Source: Dyella sp.
GTDB lineage: Bacteria > Pseudomonadota > Gammaproteobacteria > Xanthomonadales > Rhodanobacteraceae
Direction of reading: 5' to 3'
NCBI GenBank assembly: GCA_040508515.1
Contig: JBEVMS010000281.1
Coordinates: 1-41,780, forward strand
Length of the DNA stretch: 41,780 bases
Both the position numbers and the translations under genes were made by a program. The notes under the pieces were generated by a model. It ran no database searches and had not been told where the DNA came from. It saw nothing but the letters and a program-made list of their open reading frames with translations. Positions 26,931 to 36,831 of this stretch are shown here, in pieces. The first letter of the stretch is position 1, and the number at the start of each line of letters is the position of its first letter.

Positions 26931-27898
26931 GCGGCGCACCGGAGGCGGTCGCCGAGGTCGCGCCGCGGCGCGAGCGCAACCATCCCAGCCGCGTCGCCGG
27001 CTGGCGCCAGCATCATGCCTGGAGCGCTGCGGCCAGTTTGCGCCGCCTCGCTGCGCGGCCGCTGGGCAGTCTGCTGACAATCGCGGTGATGGGGCTGGCG
27101 TTGGCGCTGCCGCTGGCGTTCTACCTGCTGCTGGGTAACGTGCAGCGCTTCGGCGACGCGCTGGGACAGAGCGAGACGGTCAATGTCTTCCTGCAAAGCG
27201 GGCAGGTACAGGCGCAAGCGACGCTGTTGGCGACCCAATTGCGCGAGCGCGCGGATGTGCAGCAGGTCACCCTGAAAACTCCGCAGCAAGGCTTGGACGA
27301 CTTGGCCCAGATGCAGGGGTTTTCCGGCGCGGTGCATGCGCTGGACGACAATCCACTGCCGTATCTGTTGGAAGTGCTGCCCAAGCCCCAGCTCAGCGCC
27401 GATGAGGTCGCCGCGCTGGTCGGCGACATTCGCGGACTGGCCGGTGTGGACCAGGTGCAGGACGGCGGCAACTGGCGCCAGCGCCTGGATGCGCTGCTGG
27501 GCGTGGGCAATCGGCTGGTGACGGTGCTGGCCGTCTTGCTGTCGCTGGCGGCGCTGCTGGTGGTCGGCAATACGGTGCGCGTGGATATCAGCGGGCGTGC
27601 CGAGGAAATCGGCGTATTGACGCTGATTGGCGCCGGCCCGGCCTTCGTGCGGCGACCTTATCTGTATGCGGGCATCTGGTACGGCTTGTTCAGCGGCATC
27701 TTGGCCACCGCGCTGGCAATCGGGATCGAACTGGCGCTGGCCGAGCCGGTAGCCGCGCTGATTCACGTTTATGACGGCCGGCTGCAGGTGGGCGGATTGC
27801 CGCTGTGGTTGCTGGCGGCCACTCCATTGGCAGCCGCCGCGCTGGGATGGCTGGGCGCGCGCTTGGTCAGTGCCTGGCAACTGCATCTGGCGTCGTGA
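26927..27898 (+). CDS. ftsX: Cell-division ABC transporter permease FtsX
   Basis: GTGA overlap with the ftsE stop. TM1, a periplasmic domain and three C-terminal TMs match FtsX topology. Confidence 0.9.
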   Translation: MSGAPEAVAEVAPRRERNHPSRVAGWRQHHAWSAAASLRRLAARPLGSLLTIAVMGLALALPLAFYLLLGNVQRFGDALGQSETVNVFLQSGQVQAQATLLATQLRERADVQQVTLKTPQQGLDDLAQMQGFSGAVHALDDNPLPYLLEVLPKPQLSADEVAALVGDIRGLAGVDQVQDGGNWRQRLDALLGVGNRLVTVLAVLLSLAALLVVGNTVRVDISGRAEEIGVLTLIGAGPAFVRRPYLYAGIWYGLFSGILATALAIGIELALAEPVAALIHVYDGRLQVGGLPLWLLAATPLAAAALGWLGARLVSAWQLHLAS

Positions 27899-28096
27899 CC
27901 GGGTCGTTTGCGCTGGAATAACCATGGAATCACGCATTGCTAAAGGGCGGCTCACCGCACCGCGATTGCGCACGCGGATTACCGGGAGCTGCCGACGGTC
28001 GAGGCGGTCGGCTGCGCCAGTGGCGCCGAGGCCAAGGCGATGCTGGCCGAGGGTCTGTTCCATGTCACACGGTGGCACTGAGTTTGCCCGACATGG

Positions 28097-28261
28097 ATGA
28101 ACGGATACGTGGAAAAAGAGGGCCAAGTCGTCGCGCTGGCGACTACGCGCGTGATGCAAAAGCATGGCTTGAGCGTACCGCATGGGATCAGCGCCGAGGA
28201 TGTGCTGCGGCAGCTGAAAGAGGGGCTTGCGCCGGGCGGCGCGGTATCGAACTGGTGCTGA
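28097..28261 (+). CDS. Possible 54-aa small ORF (MNGYVEKEGQVVALATTRVMQKHGLSVPHGISAEDVLRQLKEG...); may be the tail of a disrupted gene
   Basis: Below the 60-aa track cut-off. It is in the only frame with genome-like GC3 in this gap. No Shine-Dalgarno sequence. The same frame is coding-like upstream (27944-28078) but is separated from it by TGA 28079-28081. Confidence 0.3.
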   Translation: MNGYVEKEGQVVALATTRVMQKHGLSVPHGISAEDVLRQLKEGLAPGGAVSNWC

Positions 28262-28360
28262 CGGACCTGATGGAAAACCGATCAAGGAACATGTGTTGAT
28301 GACCACGTTGTTATTCCCATGGCGCGTCGCGCAGCACCTGCGTCGGTACGCGGCCGCCGT

Positions 28361-29062
28361 ATGAGTACCAAGCGGTTGAAGCTGGAGGCCTCGTGGAAGG
28401 CGCGTCTGGGCGATTACTTCGAGCGTCCGCAAATGCAGGCGCTGGCCGAGTTCCTGCGCCACGAAAAACAGCTCGGTAAGGTGATCTACCCGCCCGGTCC
28501 GGAGATCTTCGCCGCGTTCGCCCACACCCCGTTCGAGGCGGTACGCGTGGTGATTCTGGGTCAAGACCCCTATCACGGCCCCGGACAGGCCCACGGCCTG
28601 TGCTTTTCGGTGCGGCCCGGTGTCGCGGTGCCGCCTTCGTTGGTGAATATCTTCAAGGAAATTCGCCGCGACTTAGGGATCGCGCCGCCCGACCACGGCT
28701 GCCTGACCCCCTGGGCCGATCGCGGCGTGCTGTTGCTCAACAGCGTCATGACGGTCGAGGCGGGCCATGCCGGCGCGCATCAGGGCAAAGGGTGGGAGGG
28801 CTTTACCGATGCGGCGATCGAGGCGCTCAACCGCGAGCGCCAGGGCCTGGTGTTTCTGCTCTGGGGCGCTTACGCCCAGCGCAAAGGGCGATTGATTGAT
28901 CCGGCCCGGCATCACGTGTTGCAATCGGTACATCCTTCACCGTTGTCGGCGCATCGCGGCTTTCTGGGCTGTGGGCACTTTTCGGCGGCCAACGCCTACC
29001 TGCAAGCCCAGGGCCTGGCGCCGATCGACTGGTCGTTGCCGCCGCGCGGCGCGTTCAGTTAG
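28361..29062 (+). CDS. ung: Uracil-DNA glycosylase (family 1)
   Basis: [18 protein letters not shown] and HPSPLS motifs. The internal ATG 28361 ([12 protein letters not shown]) was chosen. Confidence 0.93.
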   Translation: MSTKRLKLEASWKARLGDYFERPQMQALAEFLRHEKQLGKVIYPPGPEIFAAFAHTPFEAVRVVILGQDPYHGPGQAHGLCFSVRPGVAVPPSLVNIFKEIRRDLGIAPPDHGCLTPWADRGVLLLNSVMTVEAGHAGAHQGKGWEGFTDAAIEALNRERQGLVFLLWGAYAQRKGRLIDPARHHVLQSVHPSPLSAHRGFLGCGHFSAANAYLQAQGLAPIDWSLPPRGAFS

Positions 29063-29169
29063 CCTGTTCCGGCACTTGACCGATCCCAGAAACACAATGT
29101 GACCGGTAATGCAACAGTCTGGATGGACAGCAACCTAGATTTACTGTACGATTTGGTTCATTAAAGATC

Positions 29170-29198
29170 GGAACTTTTCCGGTCTTTAGCACTCCAAA
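29170..29198 (+). promoter_or_regulatory. Putative ECF sigmaE/AlgU-type promoter of rpoH (GGAACTT-N16-TCCAAA)
   Basis: Perfect -35 GGAACTT at 29170-29176, a 16-nt spacer, and TCCAAA at 29193-29198, about 40 nt upstream of the rpoH ATG. rpoH is a classical sigmaE target in E. coli and Pseudomonas. Confidence 0.5.
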
Positions 29199-29212
29199 TA
29201 TCCGAGTGCTAA
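29186..29212. repeat. Perfect 9-bp inverted repeat TTAGCACTC-N9-GAGTGCTAA overlapping the putative -10 and transcription start of rpoH
   Basis: Read directly. It ends 28 nt upstream of ATG 29240. SD GGAGG is at 29229-29233. Confidence 0.9.
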
Positions 29213-29239
29213 GCTGCTGAATCCTTCTGGAGGTTCCAC

Positions 29240-30097
<858 letters not shown>

Positions 30098-30126
30098 TTG
30101 CGCGGTGTCGTGGTGGCGTTTCCCTG

Positions 30127-30160
30127 CACGGCCTCCTTCGCGGGAGGCCGTGTGTGCTTG
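30127..30160 (+). terminator. rpoH terminator hairpin (CACGGCCTCC-TTCGCG-GGAGGCCGTG followed by TGTGCTTGT)
   Basis: Perfect 10-bp stem 30 nt after the rpoH stop, with a T-rich tail. Confidence 0.7.
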
Positions 30161-30187
30161 TAGCGGGCACCGTCCGCTGCCGACTCG

Positions 30188-30880
30188 ATGACAATGACGA
30201 TGCCCAACGTGCTGGTAATCGAAGACGACGAGGTGACGGCGCGTGAGATCGTCGCCGAACTGTCGGTGCATGGCATGACCGCCGAATGGGTGGCTGATGG
30301 CCGGCTCGGATTGGAGCGCGCCAGCAGCGAGCCGTTCGACATGATCACCTTGGATCGCATGCTGCCCGGCATGGACGGGATCGACGTGGTGGCGGCCTTG
30401 CGGCAGCGTCAGGTCGATGTGCCGGTGCTGATGATCAGCGCGCTCAGCGATGTCGACGAGCGCGTGCGCGGTCTGCGCGCCGGCGGTGACGATTACCTCA
30501 CCAAGCCGTTCGCGCCCGATGAGATGGCGGCGCGGGTGGAGGTGCTGCTGCGTCGTCGCCAGCCGCAGCAAAGCGCGCAGTGGCTGCGGGTGGCCGATCT
30601 GGAACTGGACTTGCTTCGCCACGAGGCCTTTCGCCAGGGCCAGCCGCTGAATCTGTTGCCCACCGAATACCGGCTGTTGGAATTCCTGATGCGCAATTCC
30701 GGCCAGGTACTGACCCGCTCGATGATTTTCGAGACGGTGTGGGGGTTTCATTTCGATCCCGGCACCAACGTGATCGATGTCCATATCGGCCGCCTGCGGC
30801 GCAAGATCGACGGCACCGGCCAGTCGCCGTTGATTCGCACCATTCGCGGCTCGGGGTATTTGCTTGCGCCCGCTCATTGA
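30188..30880 (+). CDS. OmpR/PhoB-family response regulator
   Basis: Receiver domain (VLVIEDD, phospho-acceptor context ITLDRMLPGMDG, KPF) plus a winged-helix output domain (LLPTEYRLLEFL, IRTIRGSGY). Confidence 0.9.
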   Translation: MTMTMPNVLVIEDDEVTAREIVAELSVHGMTAEWVADGRLGLERASSEPFDMITLDRMLPGMDGIDVVAALRQRQVDVPVLMISALSDVDERVRGLRAGGDDYLTKPFAPDEMAARVEVLLRRRQPQQSAQWLRVADLELDLLRHEAFRQGQPLNLLPTEYRLLEFLMRNSGQVLTRSMIFETVWGFHFDPGTNVIDVHIGRLRRKIDGTGQSPLIRTIRGSGYLLAPAH

Positions 30881-32315
30881 TGCCGGCCGTTCGGCCACCA
30901 CGCGGTTGATCATGATCTACGGCGGGCTGTTCGCCCTGTGGTGCGTGGCCTTGCTGGGTGTGGTGCAGTGGGAGGCCTCCACGTATCTGACCGGCGTGAT
31001 CGACCAACTGCTGGTGCAGCGGATGAACTATCTGGTTACCACCGAGCCACAGCGGTTATCCGCCACCGTGGACGCGGCCGCCGCGATGGACCCGGGTCGG
31101 CTGATGTGGGCCGGTCTGTTCGACGCCGATGGCAAGGCGGTTGCCGGCAACATCGTCCATCTGCCGCCGGGCTTGCAGCCGGACGACGCGATCCATTCGC
31201 TCGACGAGCCGGCGATGCATGCCGGTATCGGCGAATTTCTGCGCGCGCGCGCCCTGGCTGTTCGCCTGCCGAGCGGCCAATTGCTGGTGCTGGCCAAGAC
31301 CACCAGTACCATCGATGGGCTCGGTGCGATCATCCGTCGCGGCTTGCTGTGGGGCCTGTCGCTGACGCTGATTCCGGGCCTGCTCGGCGGTATCTTGCTC
31401 AGTCGCGGACCGGCACGGCGCATCCGTCAGATTCAGCTCGCCACCGAGCCGGTACGCCGCGGCGACTTGACCGGTCGTCTGCCGGTCAGCCGGCGCGGTG
31501 ACGAGCTGGATCTGCTGGCCGGCATCGTCAACACCATGCTGGATGAGATAGAGCGGCTGATGGGCGAGGTGAAGGGCGTCTGCGACAACATCGCGCACGA
31601 CTTGCGCACGCCGCTGACCCGTTTGCGCGCGCGCCTGTATCGGGCGCAGCAACAGCTCGATGGCGCCCCGCAGGCGAAGCTGATCGAAAGCAGCCTGGCC
31701 GATATCGACAGTCTGCTGGCACGTTTTCGCGCCTTGCTGCGCATCTCCGAGCTGGAGGATCGCAAGCGCAGCGTGTGTTTCAGCCAGGTAGATCTCAAGA
31801 GCGTGCTGGCCCAGGTGCATGAGTTCTATGCCCCGCTGGCGGAGGATCGCGGTCAACATTTCGAGTTAGATGTACCGACGTTGGCACCGCTGCGCGCCGA
31901 CCCGCATTTGTTGTTCGAAGCCTTCGCCAACCTGGTCGGCAACGCCATCAAATTCACTCCCGAGGGCGGCTGGGTACGCATCCGCGCGCAGGCCGAGGCG
32001 GGTGGTTTACGGGTTGACGTGCTCGACAGCGGACCGGGCATTCCCTTGGGCGAGCGCGAGGCGGTGAAGCGGCGTTTCTATCGCGGTGACAGCAGCCGCA
32101 GCACGGCCGGTTCCGGGCTGGGCCTGAGCATCGTGAGCGCGATCGCCGGCTTGCACGGCTACAGCCTGGAGATCGGGGAAAATGCCGCGGGCGCGCGGAT
32201 TACGCTGCACTGCCATAACCGTTCGAGCGAGAGCGACATGCCGGTCACCGAGCCGACCGTGGTGGTGGCCGAGCGTTTGCTGCCAGTGGATACGGCGACA
32301 CTCGTGGATTCCTGA
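30864..32315 (+). CDS. Sensor histidine kinase (2 TM, periplasmic loop, HAMP, HisKA, HATPase_c)
   Basis: H-box HDLRTPLTRL, N-box LVGNAIKFTP, G-boxes DSGPGIP and GSGLGLSIV. The listed TTG start overlaps the regulator gene by 17 nt. ATG 30912 is an alternative. Confidence 0.85.
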   Translation: MRPLIDAGRSATTRLIMIYGGLFALWCVALLGVVQWEASTYLTGVIDQLLVQRMNYLVTTEPQRLSATVDAAAAMDPGRLMWAGLFDADGKAVAGNIVHLPPGLQPDDAIHSLDEPAMHAGIGEFLRARALAVRLPSGQLLVLAKTTSTIDGLGAIIRRGLLWGLSLTLIPGLLGGILLSRGPARRIRQIQLATEPVRRGDLTGRLPVSRRGDELDLLAGIVNTMLDEIERLMGEVKGVCDNIAHDLRTPLTRLRARLYRAQQQLDGAPQAKLIESSLADIDSLLARFRALLRISELEDRKRSVCFSQVDLKSVLAQVHEFYAPLAEDRGQHFELDVPTLAPLRADPHLLFEAFANLVGNAIKFTPEGGWVRIRAQAEAGGLRVDVLDSGPGIPLGEREAVKRRFYRGDSSRSTAGSGLGLSIVSAIAGLHGYSLEIGENAAGARITLHCHNRSSESDMPVTEPTVVVAERLLPVDTATLVDS

Positions 32316-32341
32316 GCGCGCCAGCCATGGCGTTGGCGCGC
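32316..32341 (+). terminator. 8-bp stem hairpin (GCGCGCCA-N10-TGGCGCGC) immediately after the kinase stop, followed by an AT-rich spacer
   Basis: Read directly. No clean U-tract, so a terminator function is uncertain. Confidence 0.4.
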
Positions 32342-32438
32342 GAATGAATGAAATTATCTTCATGCGCTTGAGCCACATGCGTGCATTGCAGCATGCGAAA
32401 ATTGCTCGGATGCACCATCTCGCCTTGGAATCCAACGC

Positions 32439-35400
32439 ATGTTAGGCATCGTCCGGATCGCGCTGACGCGGCCCTATACTTTTGTCGTCTTCGCGATGCT
32501 GATTTTTATCTTCGGCGTGCTGTCGGCATTGCGCACGCCGACGGATATCTTTCCAGATATCAACATTCCGGTGATCGCGGTCGCGTGGCAGTACACCGGG
32601 CTGACCCCGGACCAGATGGCCGGGCGCATCACCTCGCCCTACGAGCGCGTGCTGACCACCACGGTCAACGACATCGAGCATATCGAGTCGCAGTCGTTGA
32701 ATGGCGTGGGCATTGTGAAGATCTTCTTCCAGCCCGGGGTCAATATCGCGACGGCCAATGCGCAGGTCACCGCCGTCTCGCAAACCTTGCTCAAGCAGTT
32801 GCCGCCCAACAGCACGCCGCCGCTGATTTTGAACTACAGCGCATCGACCGTGCCGATCATCCAGTTGGCGTTGTCCGGACAGGGTTTGAGCGAGCAGAAC
32901 CTGGGCGATCTTGGCTTGAATATTTTGCGTCCGCAGCTGGTCACGGTGCCGGGCGCGGCGATTCCCTATCCGTTCGGCGGCAAGACGCGCCAGGTGCAAA
33001 TCGACCTGGATGCACAGGCGATGCAGGCGCGTGGCCTGTCGGCGCAGGACGTGGCCAACGCGCTGGCTGCGCAGAACCTGACCACCCCGATCGGTACGCA
33101 GAAGATCGGCAAGTTCGAATACGTGATGCAGCTCAATGATGCCGCTGAGGAGATCGCCGACCTGGGCGACCTGCCGGTCAAGCAGGTCAACGGCACCACC
33201 ATCTACATCCGCGACGTCGCCCAGGTGCGCGACGGCAACCCGCCGCAGACCAATATCGTGCACGTCGACGGCACCCGTTCGGCGATGCTGTCGGTGTTCA
33301 AAAACGGTTCGACCTCGACGCTGGCGATCGTCGCCGGCATCCGCGACCGGCTGGCGGAGATGAAGAGCAGCCTGCCCGATGCGCTGAAGATCACCCCGAT
33401 CGGCGACCAGTCGGTGTTCGTGCGCTCGGCGATCGATGGGGTGATCCGCGAAGGTGTGATCGCGGCTGCGCTGACAAGCCTGATGATCCTGCTGTTCCTG
33501 GGCAGCTGGCGCTCGACGCTGATCATCGCCACCTCGATTCCGCTGGCGATCCTCGGCTCGGTGTTCACTCTGGCGGCGGTCGGCGAGACGCTGAACATCA
33601 TGACCCTGGGCGGACTGGCGCTGGCGGTGGGCATTCTGGTCGATGAGGCCACGGTGACCATTGAGAACATCAACTACCACCTGGAAATGGGTAAAGACGT
33701 CGAGACGGCCATCATCGACGGCGCCTCGCAGATCATCGTGCCGGCGTTCGTCTCGCTGCTGTGCATCTGCATCGTGTTTGTGCCGATGTTCTTCCTACCT
33801 GGCGTGGCCCGCTTCCTGTTCGTGCCGATGGCCGAGGCGGTGATCTTCGCGATGATCTTCTCCTTCGTGCTCTCGCGTACTTTGGTGCTGACCATGGCCA
33901 AGTACCTGCTGCAGGCGCATCCGCCGACGGTGGACGAGCATGGCCAGCATCTGGCGCAGCCGCGCACGCGCAATCCGCTGGCGCGTTTCCAGCGCGGTTT
34001 CGTCGACGTCTTCGAGCGTCTGCGCGCCGGCTACAGCGGCCTGCTGCACCTGGCGATGGAGCACCGCAAGCTGTTCATCGTCGGCTACATGGCCTTCGTG
34101 GTGGTCTCGTTTGCGCTGGTGCCCGGGCTGGGCCGCAACTTTTTTCCCGACGTCGATGCCGGCCAGATCCTGATGCATGCGCGGGTACCGGTGGGTACAC
34201 GCCTTGAAGTGTCGTCCGAGCAGTTCGCCCAAATGGAAAAGGCGATCAAGCGGATTATTCCGCCCAGCGAGCTTAACGTCATCGTCGACAACATCGGCCA
34301 GTACGTCAGCAGCATCAACAACATCTACAACAACACCGGCGAGATCGGCACGCAGGATGGCGATATCCAGATTTCGCTGAAGGAAGGCCACCGACCGACC
34401 GCCGACTATGTGCGCATCCTGCGCGAACAGATGCCCAAGCTGTTTCCCGGCACCACGTTCTCGTTCCCGCCGGCAGACATCGTCAGCCAGATTTTGAACT
34501 TCGGTTCGCCGGCGCCGATCGATTTGCAGATCCGTGGCCAGAATCTCGCGGCCAACTACGTCTACGCCAATCAGCTGCTGGAGCGAATCCGCCGCATTCC
34601 TGGCGTGGTCGATGCGCGCATCCAGCAGTCGCCGGGCGTGCCCACGTTCAAGATCGACGTCGACCGCACCCGCGCGCAGTTGCTCGGCGTCAACGAGCGC
34701 GATGTCACTAACAGCCTGAGCACCAGCCTGGCCGGCTCCACCCAGGCCGCGCCGACCTTTTGGCTCAATCCGGTCAATGGGGTGTCTTATCTGATCGCGA
34801 TCCAGTCGCCGCAGTACAGCGTCGATACGCTGGCGGCATTGAACAATCTGCCGATCACGCCCAGCTCCGGCAACAGCCAACAGGTGCTCGGCGCGCTGGC
34901 CAGCGTCACCCGCACGCACAGCAATACCGTGGTCAGTCAGTACAACATCCGCTCGATGGTGGATATCTACGCCACCACGCAGGGGCGTGACCTGGGCGCG
35001 GTGGCCGCGGACATCAACGGCGTGCTGCAAGACACCGCCAAGTCGCTGCCCAAGGCCACCACGGCGGTTCTGCTGGGCCAGGTGCAGACGATGAACAGCG
35101 CGTATTCCGGCCTGCTGTTCGGCCTGCTCGGCGCGATTGTGCTGATCTATCTGTTGATCGTGGTGAATTTCCAGTCGTGGAGCGATCCGTTCGTCATCAT
35201 CACTGCCTTGCCCGCGGCGCTGGCCGGCATCGTGTGGATGCTGTTCGTCACCCGCACCACGCTGTCGGTGCCGGCGCTGACCGGCGCGATCATGTGCATG
35301 GGTGTGGCCACCGCCAACTCGGTGTTGGTGGTGAGCTTCTGCCGCGAGCGCTTGGATATGCACGGCGACGCCACCCTGGCCGCGCGCGAAGCCGGCTTCG

Positions 35401-35642
35401 TGCGCTTCCGTCCGGTGTTGATGACCGCGCTGGCGATGATGATCGGCATGGTGCCGATGGCGCTGGGCCTGGGCGACGGCGGCGAGCAGAACGCGCCGCT
35501 GGGCCGCGCGGTGATCGGCGGCCTGCTGTTTGCCACCATGACGACTTTGATGTTTGTTCCCGTGGTCTTCGCGATCATCCACGCGCGGCACGGCCGCGCC
35601 TCTGACTTGGCCATCTCCGGAGAGCCCGCCCATGTCCTCTGA
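32439..35642 (+). CDS. RND efflux transporter permease (AcrB/HAE-type, 1067 aa)
   Basis: 12-TM, two-large-loop architecture. N-terminus IVRIALTRPYTFVVFAMLI. TM4 motif GILVDEATVTIENI. Confidence 0.93.
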   Translation: MLGIVRIALTRPYTFVVFAMLIFIFGVLSALRTPTDIFPDINIPVIAVAWQYTGLTPDQMAGRITSPYERVLTTTVNDIEHIESQSLNGVGIVKIFFQPGVNIATANAQVTAVSQTLLKQLPPNSTPPLILNYSASTVPIIQLALSGQGLSEQNLGDLGLNILRPQLVTVPGAAIPYPFGGKTRQVQIDLDAQAMQARGLSAQDVANALAAQNLTTPIGTQKIGKFEYVMQLNDAAEEIADLGDLPVKQVNGTTIYIRDVAQVRDGNPPQTNIVHVDGTRSAMLSVFKNGSTSTLAIVAGIRDRLAEMKSSLPDALKITPIGDQSVFVRSAIDGVIREGVIAAALTSLMILLFLGSWRSTLIIATSIPLAILGSVFTLAAVGETLNIMTLGGLALAVGILVDEATVTIENINYHLEMGKDVETAIIDGASQIIVPAFVSLLCICIVFVPMFFLPGVARFLFVPMAEAVIFAMIFSFVLSRTLVLTMAKYLLQAHPPTVDEHGQHLAQPRTRNPLARFQRGFVDVFERLRAGYSGLLHLAMEHRKLFIVGYMAFVVVSFALVPGLGRNFFPDVDAGQILMHARVPVGTRLEVSSEQFAQMEKAIKRIIPPSELNVIVDNIGQYVSSINNIYNNTGEIGTQDGDIQISLKEGHRPTADYVRILREQMPKLFPGTTFSFPPADIVSQILNFGSPAPIDLQIRGQNLAANYVYANQLLERIRRIPGVVDARIQQSPGVPTFKIDVDRTRAQLLGVNERDVTNSLSTSLAGSTQAAPTFWLNPVNGVSYLIAIQSPQYSVDTLAALNNLPITPSSGNSQQVLGALASVTRTHSNTVVSQYNIRSMVDIYATTQGRDLGAVAADINGVLQDTAKSLPKATTAVLLGQVQTMNSAYSGLLFGLLGAIVLIYLLIVVNFQSWSDPFVIITALPAALAGIVWMLFVTRTTLSVPALTGAIMCMGVATANSVLVVSFCRERLDMHGDATLAAREAGFVRFRPVLMTALAMMIGMVPMALGLGDGGEQNAPLGRAVIGGLLFATMTTLMFVPVVFAIIHARHGRASDLAISGEPAHVL

Positions 35643-36831
35643 GCATTCCACCACGCTACCGGAGGTGAAGCTGTCTCCGCGGCGCTTGCGCCTGGCCGGA
35701 TTGATTGCCTTGATCGTATTCGCGGCGATCGCGGTGGCTGGCGTCACCGCCCGCCTTTCCAGTGCCAGTAACCTGCACAGTTGGACCGACGCGCAGGCGA
35801 TTCCCACGGTCGCAGTATCCAAGCCGCAGTCCGAAATCGGCGTGGTGCCGCTGGAACTTCCCGCGCGTATGGACGCCTATATCAACGCGCCGATCTTTGC
35901 GCGCACCAGCGGCTACCTGAAATCCTGGAACAAGGACATTGGCGCCGAGGTCAAGGCGGGCGAACTGCTGGGCGTGATCGATACCCCCGATCTGGACCAG
36001 CAACTCTTGCAGGCGCAGGCTGATCTGCAGAGCGCCCGCGCCAATGCCTCGCTGGCCAAGGTCACCGCCGATCGCTGGCTGGGCTTGCGCAAGGCCGATC
36101 CGGATTCGGTATCGCAGCAGTCGGTCGATCAGGCCACCGGGACCTATGCCGCGCAACTGGCTACCGCCAATTCCTCGCAGGCCAATTTCGACCGGCTGAA
36201 GGCGTTGAAGTCCTATGCGCGCATCGTGGCGCCGTTCGATGGCCGGGTCACGGCGCGTAACACCGACGTCGGCGCGCTGATCAACGACGGGCCCAGCGGT
36301 ATCGCGTTGTTCCAGATTTCCGACACCAGCAAGCTGCGCGTTTACGTGCAGGTGCCGCAGGTCTATGCGCCGGGCATCCATCGCGGCGACGAGGCCAACC
36401 TGACCGTGCCCGAATATCCGGGGCAGACCTTCAAGGCCAAGGTCGAAGCCGATGCGCGGGCGATCTCGCCCACCTCGGGCACCACCCAGGTGCAGTTGCT
36501 GGTGGATAACAAAGATGGCCGCCTGCTACCTAGCAGCTACGCCAGTGTCCGCTTCGAACTGGCGGCTGGCGCGCTGGGCCTGCGGCTGCCCGCCGAGGCG
36601 TTGGTGTTCGACGACAAGGGCATGCGCGTGGCCACCGTCAGCGCCGATGACCGCGTGCAGTTCAAGACGGTGACGATCCGCCGCGATTACGGCAAGACGG
36701 TGGAAATCGGCTCGGGACTGGACCGCGACGACCGGGTAATCATGAACCCGCCCGATGGCCTGACCAATGGCGCCCAGGTGCATATCGCCAACAACGCGCA
36801 GCCCGCGGGCGAGGCCCATGAAAAAGCCTGA
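35632..36831 (+). CDS. RND efflux periplasmic adaptor (membrane fusion protein, HlyD family)
   Basis: Internal ATG 35632 is preceded by GGAGAG and overlaps the permease stop by 11 nt. N-terminal TM anchor, coiled-coil hairpin (DLDQQLLQAQADLQSARANASLAK) and beta-barrel domains. Confidence 0.9.
   Translation: MSSEHSTTLPEVKLSPRRLRLAGLIALIVFAAIAVAGVTARLSSASNLHSWTDAQAIPTVAVSKPQSEIGVVPLELPARMDAYINAPIFARTSGYLKSWNKDIGAEVKAGELLGVIDTPDLDQQLLQAQADLQSARANASLAKVTADRWLGLRKADPDSVSQQSVDQATGTYAAQLATANSSQANFDRLKALKSYARIVAPFDGRVTARNTDVGALINDGPSGIALFQISDTSKLRVYVQVPQVYAPGIHRGDEANLTVPEYPGQTFKAKVEADARAISPTSGTTQVQLLVDNKDGRLLPSSYASVRFELAAGALGLRLPAEALVFDDKGMRVATVSADDRVQFKTVTIRRDYGKTVEIGSGLDRDDRVIMNPPDGLTNGAQVHIANNAQPAGEAHEKA

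Noticed and set aside
27937-28299. The listed 120-aa ORF (TTG start) and the 58-aa ATG ORF at 27924-28100 in the ftsX-ung gap.
   Set aside because: The products are Arg/Gly-rich and unlike real proteins. Both are out of phase with the only frame that shows genome-like GC3 (see the finding for this gap).
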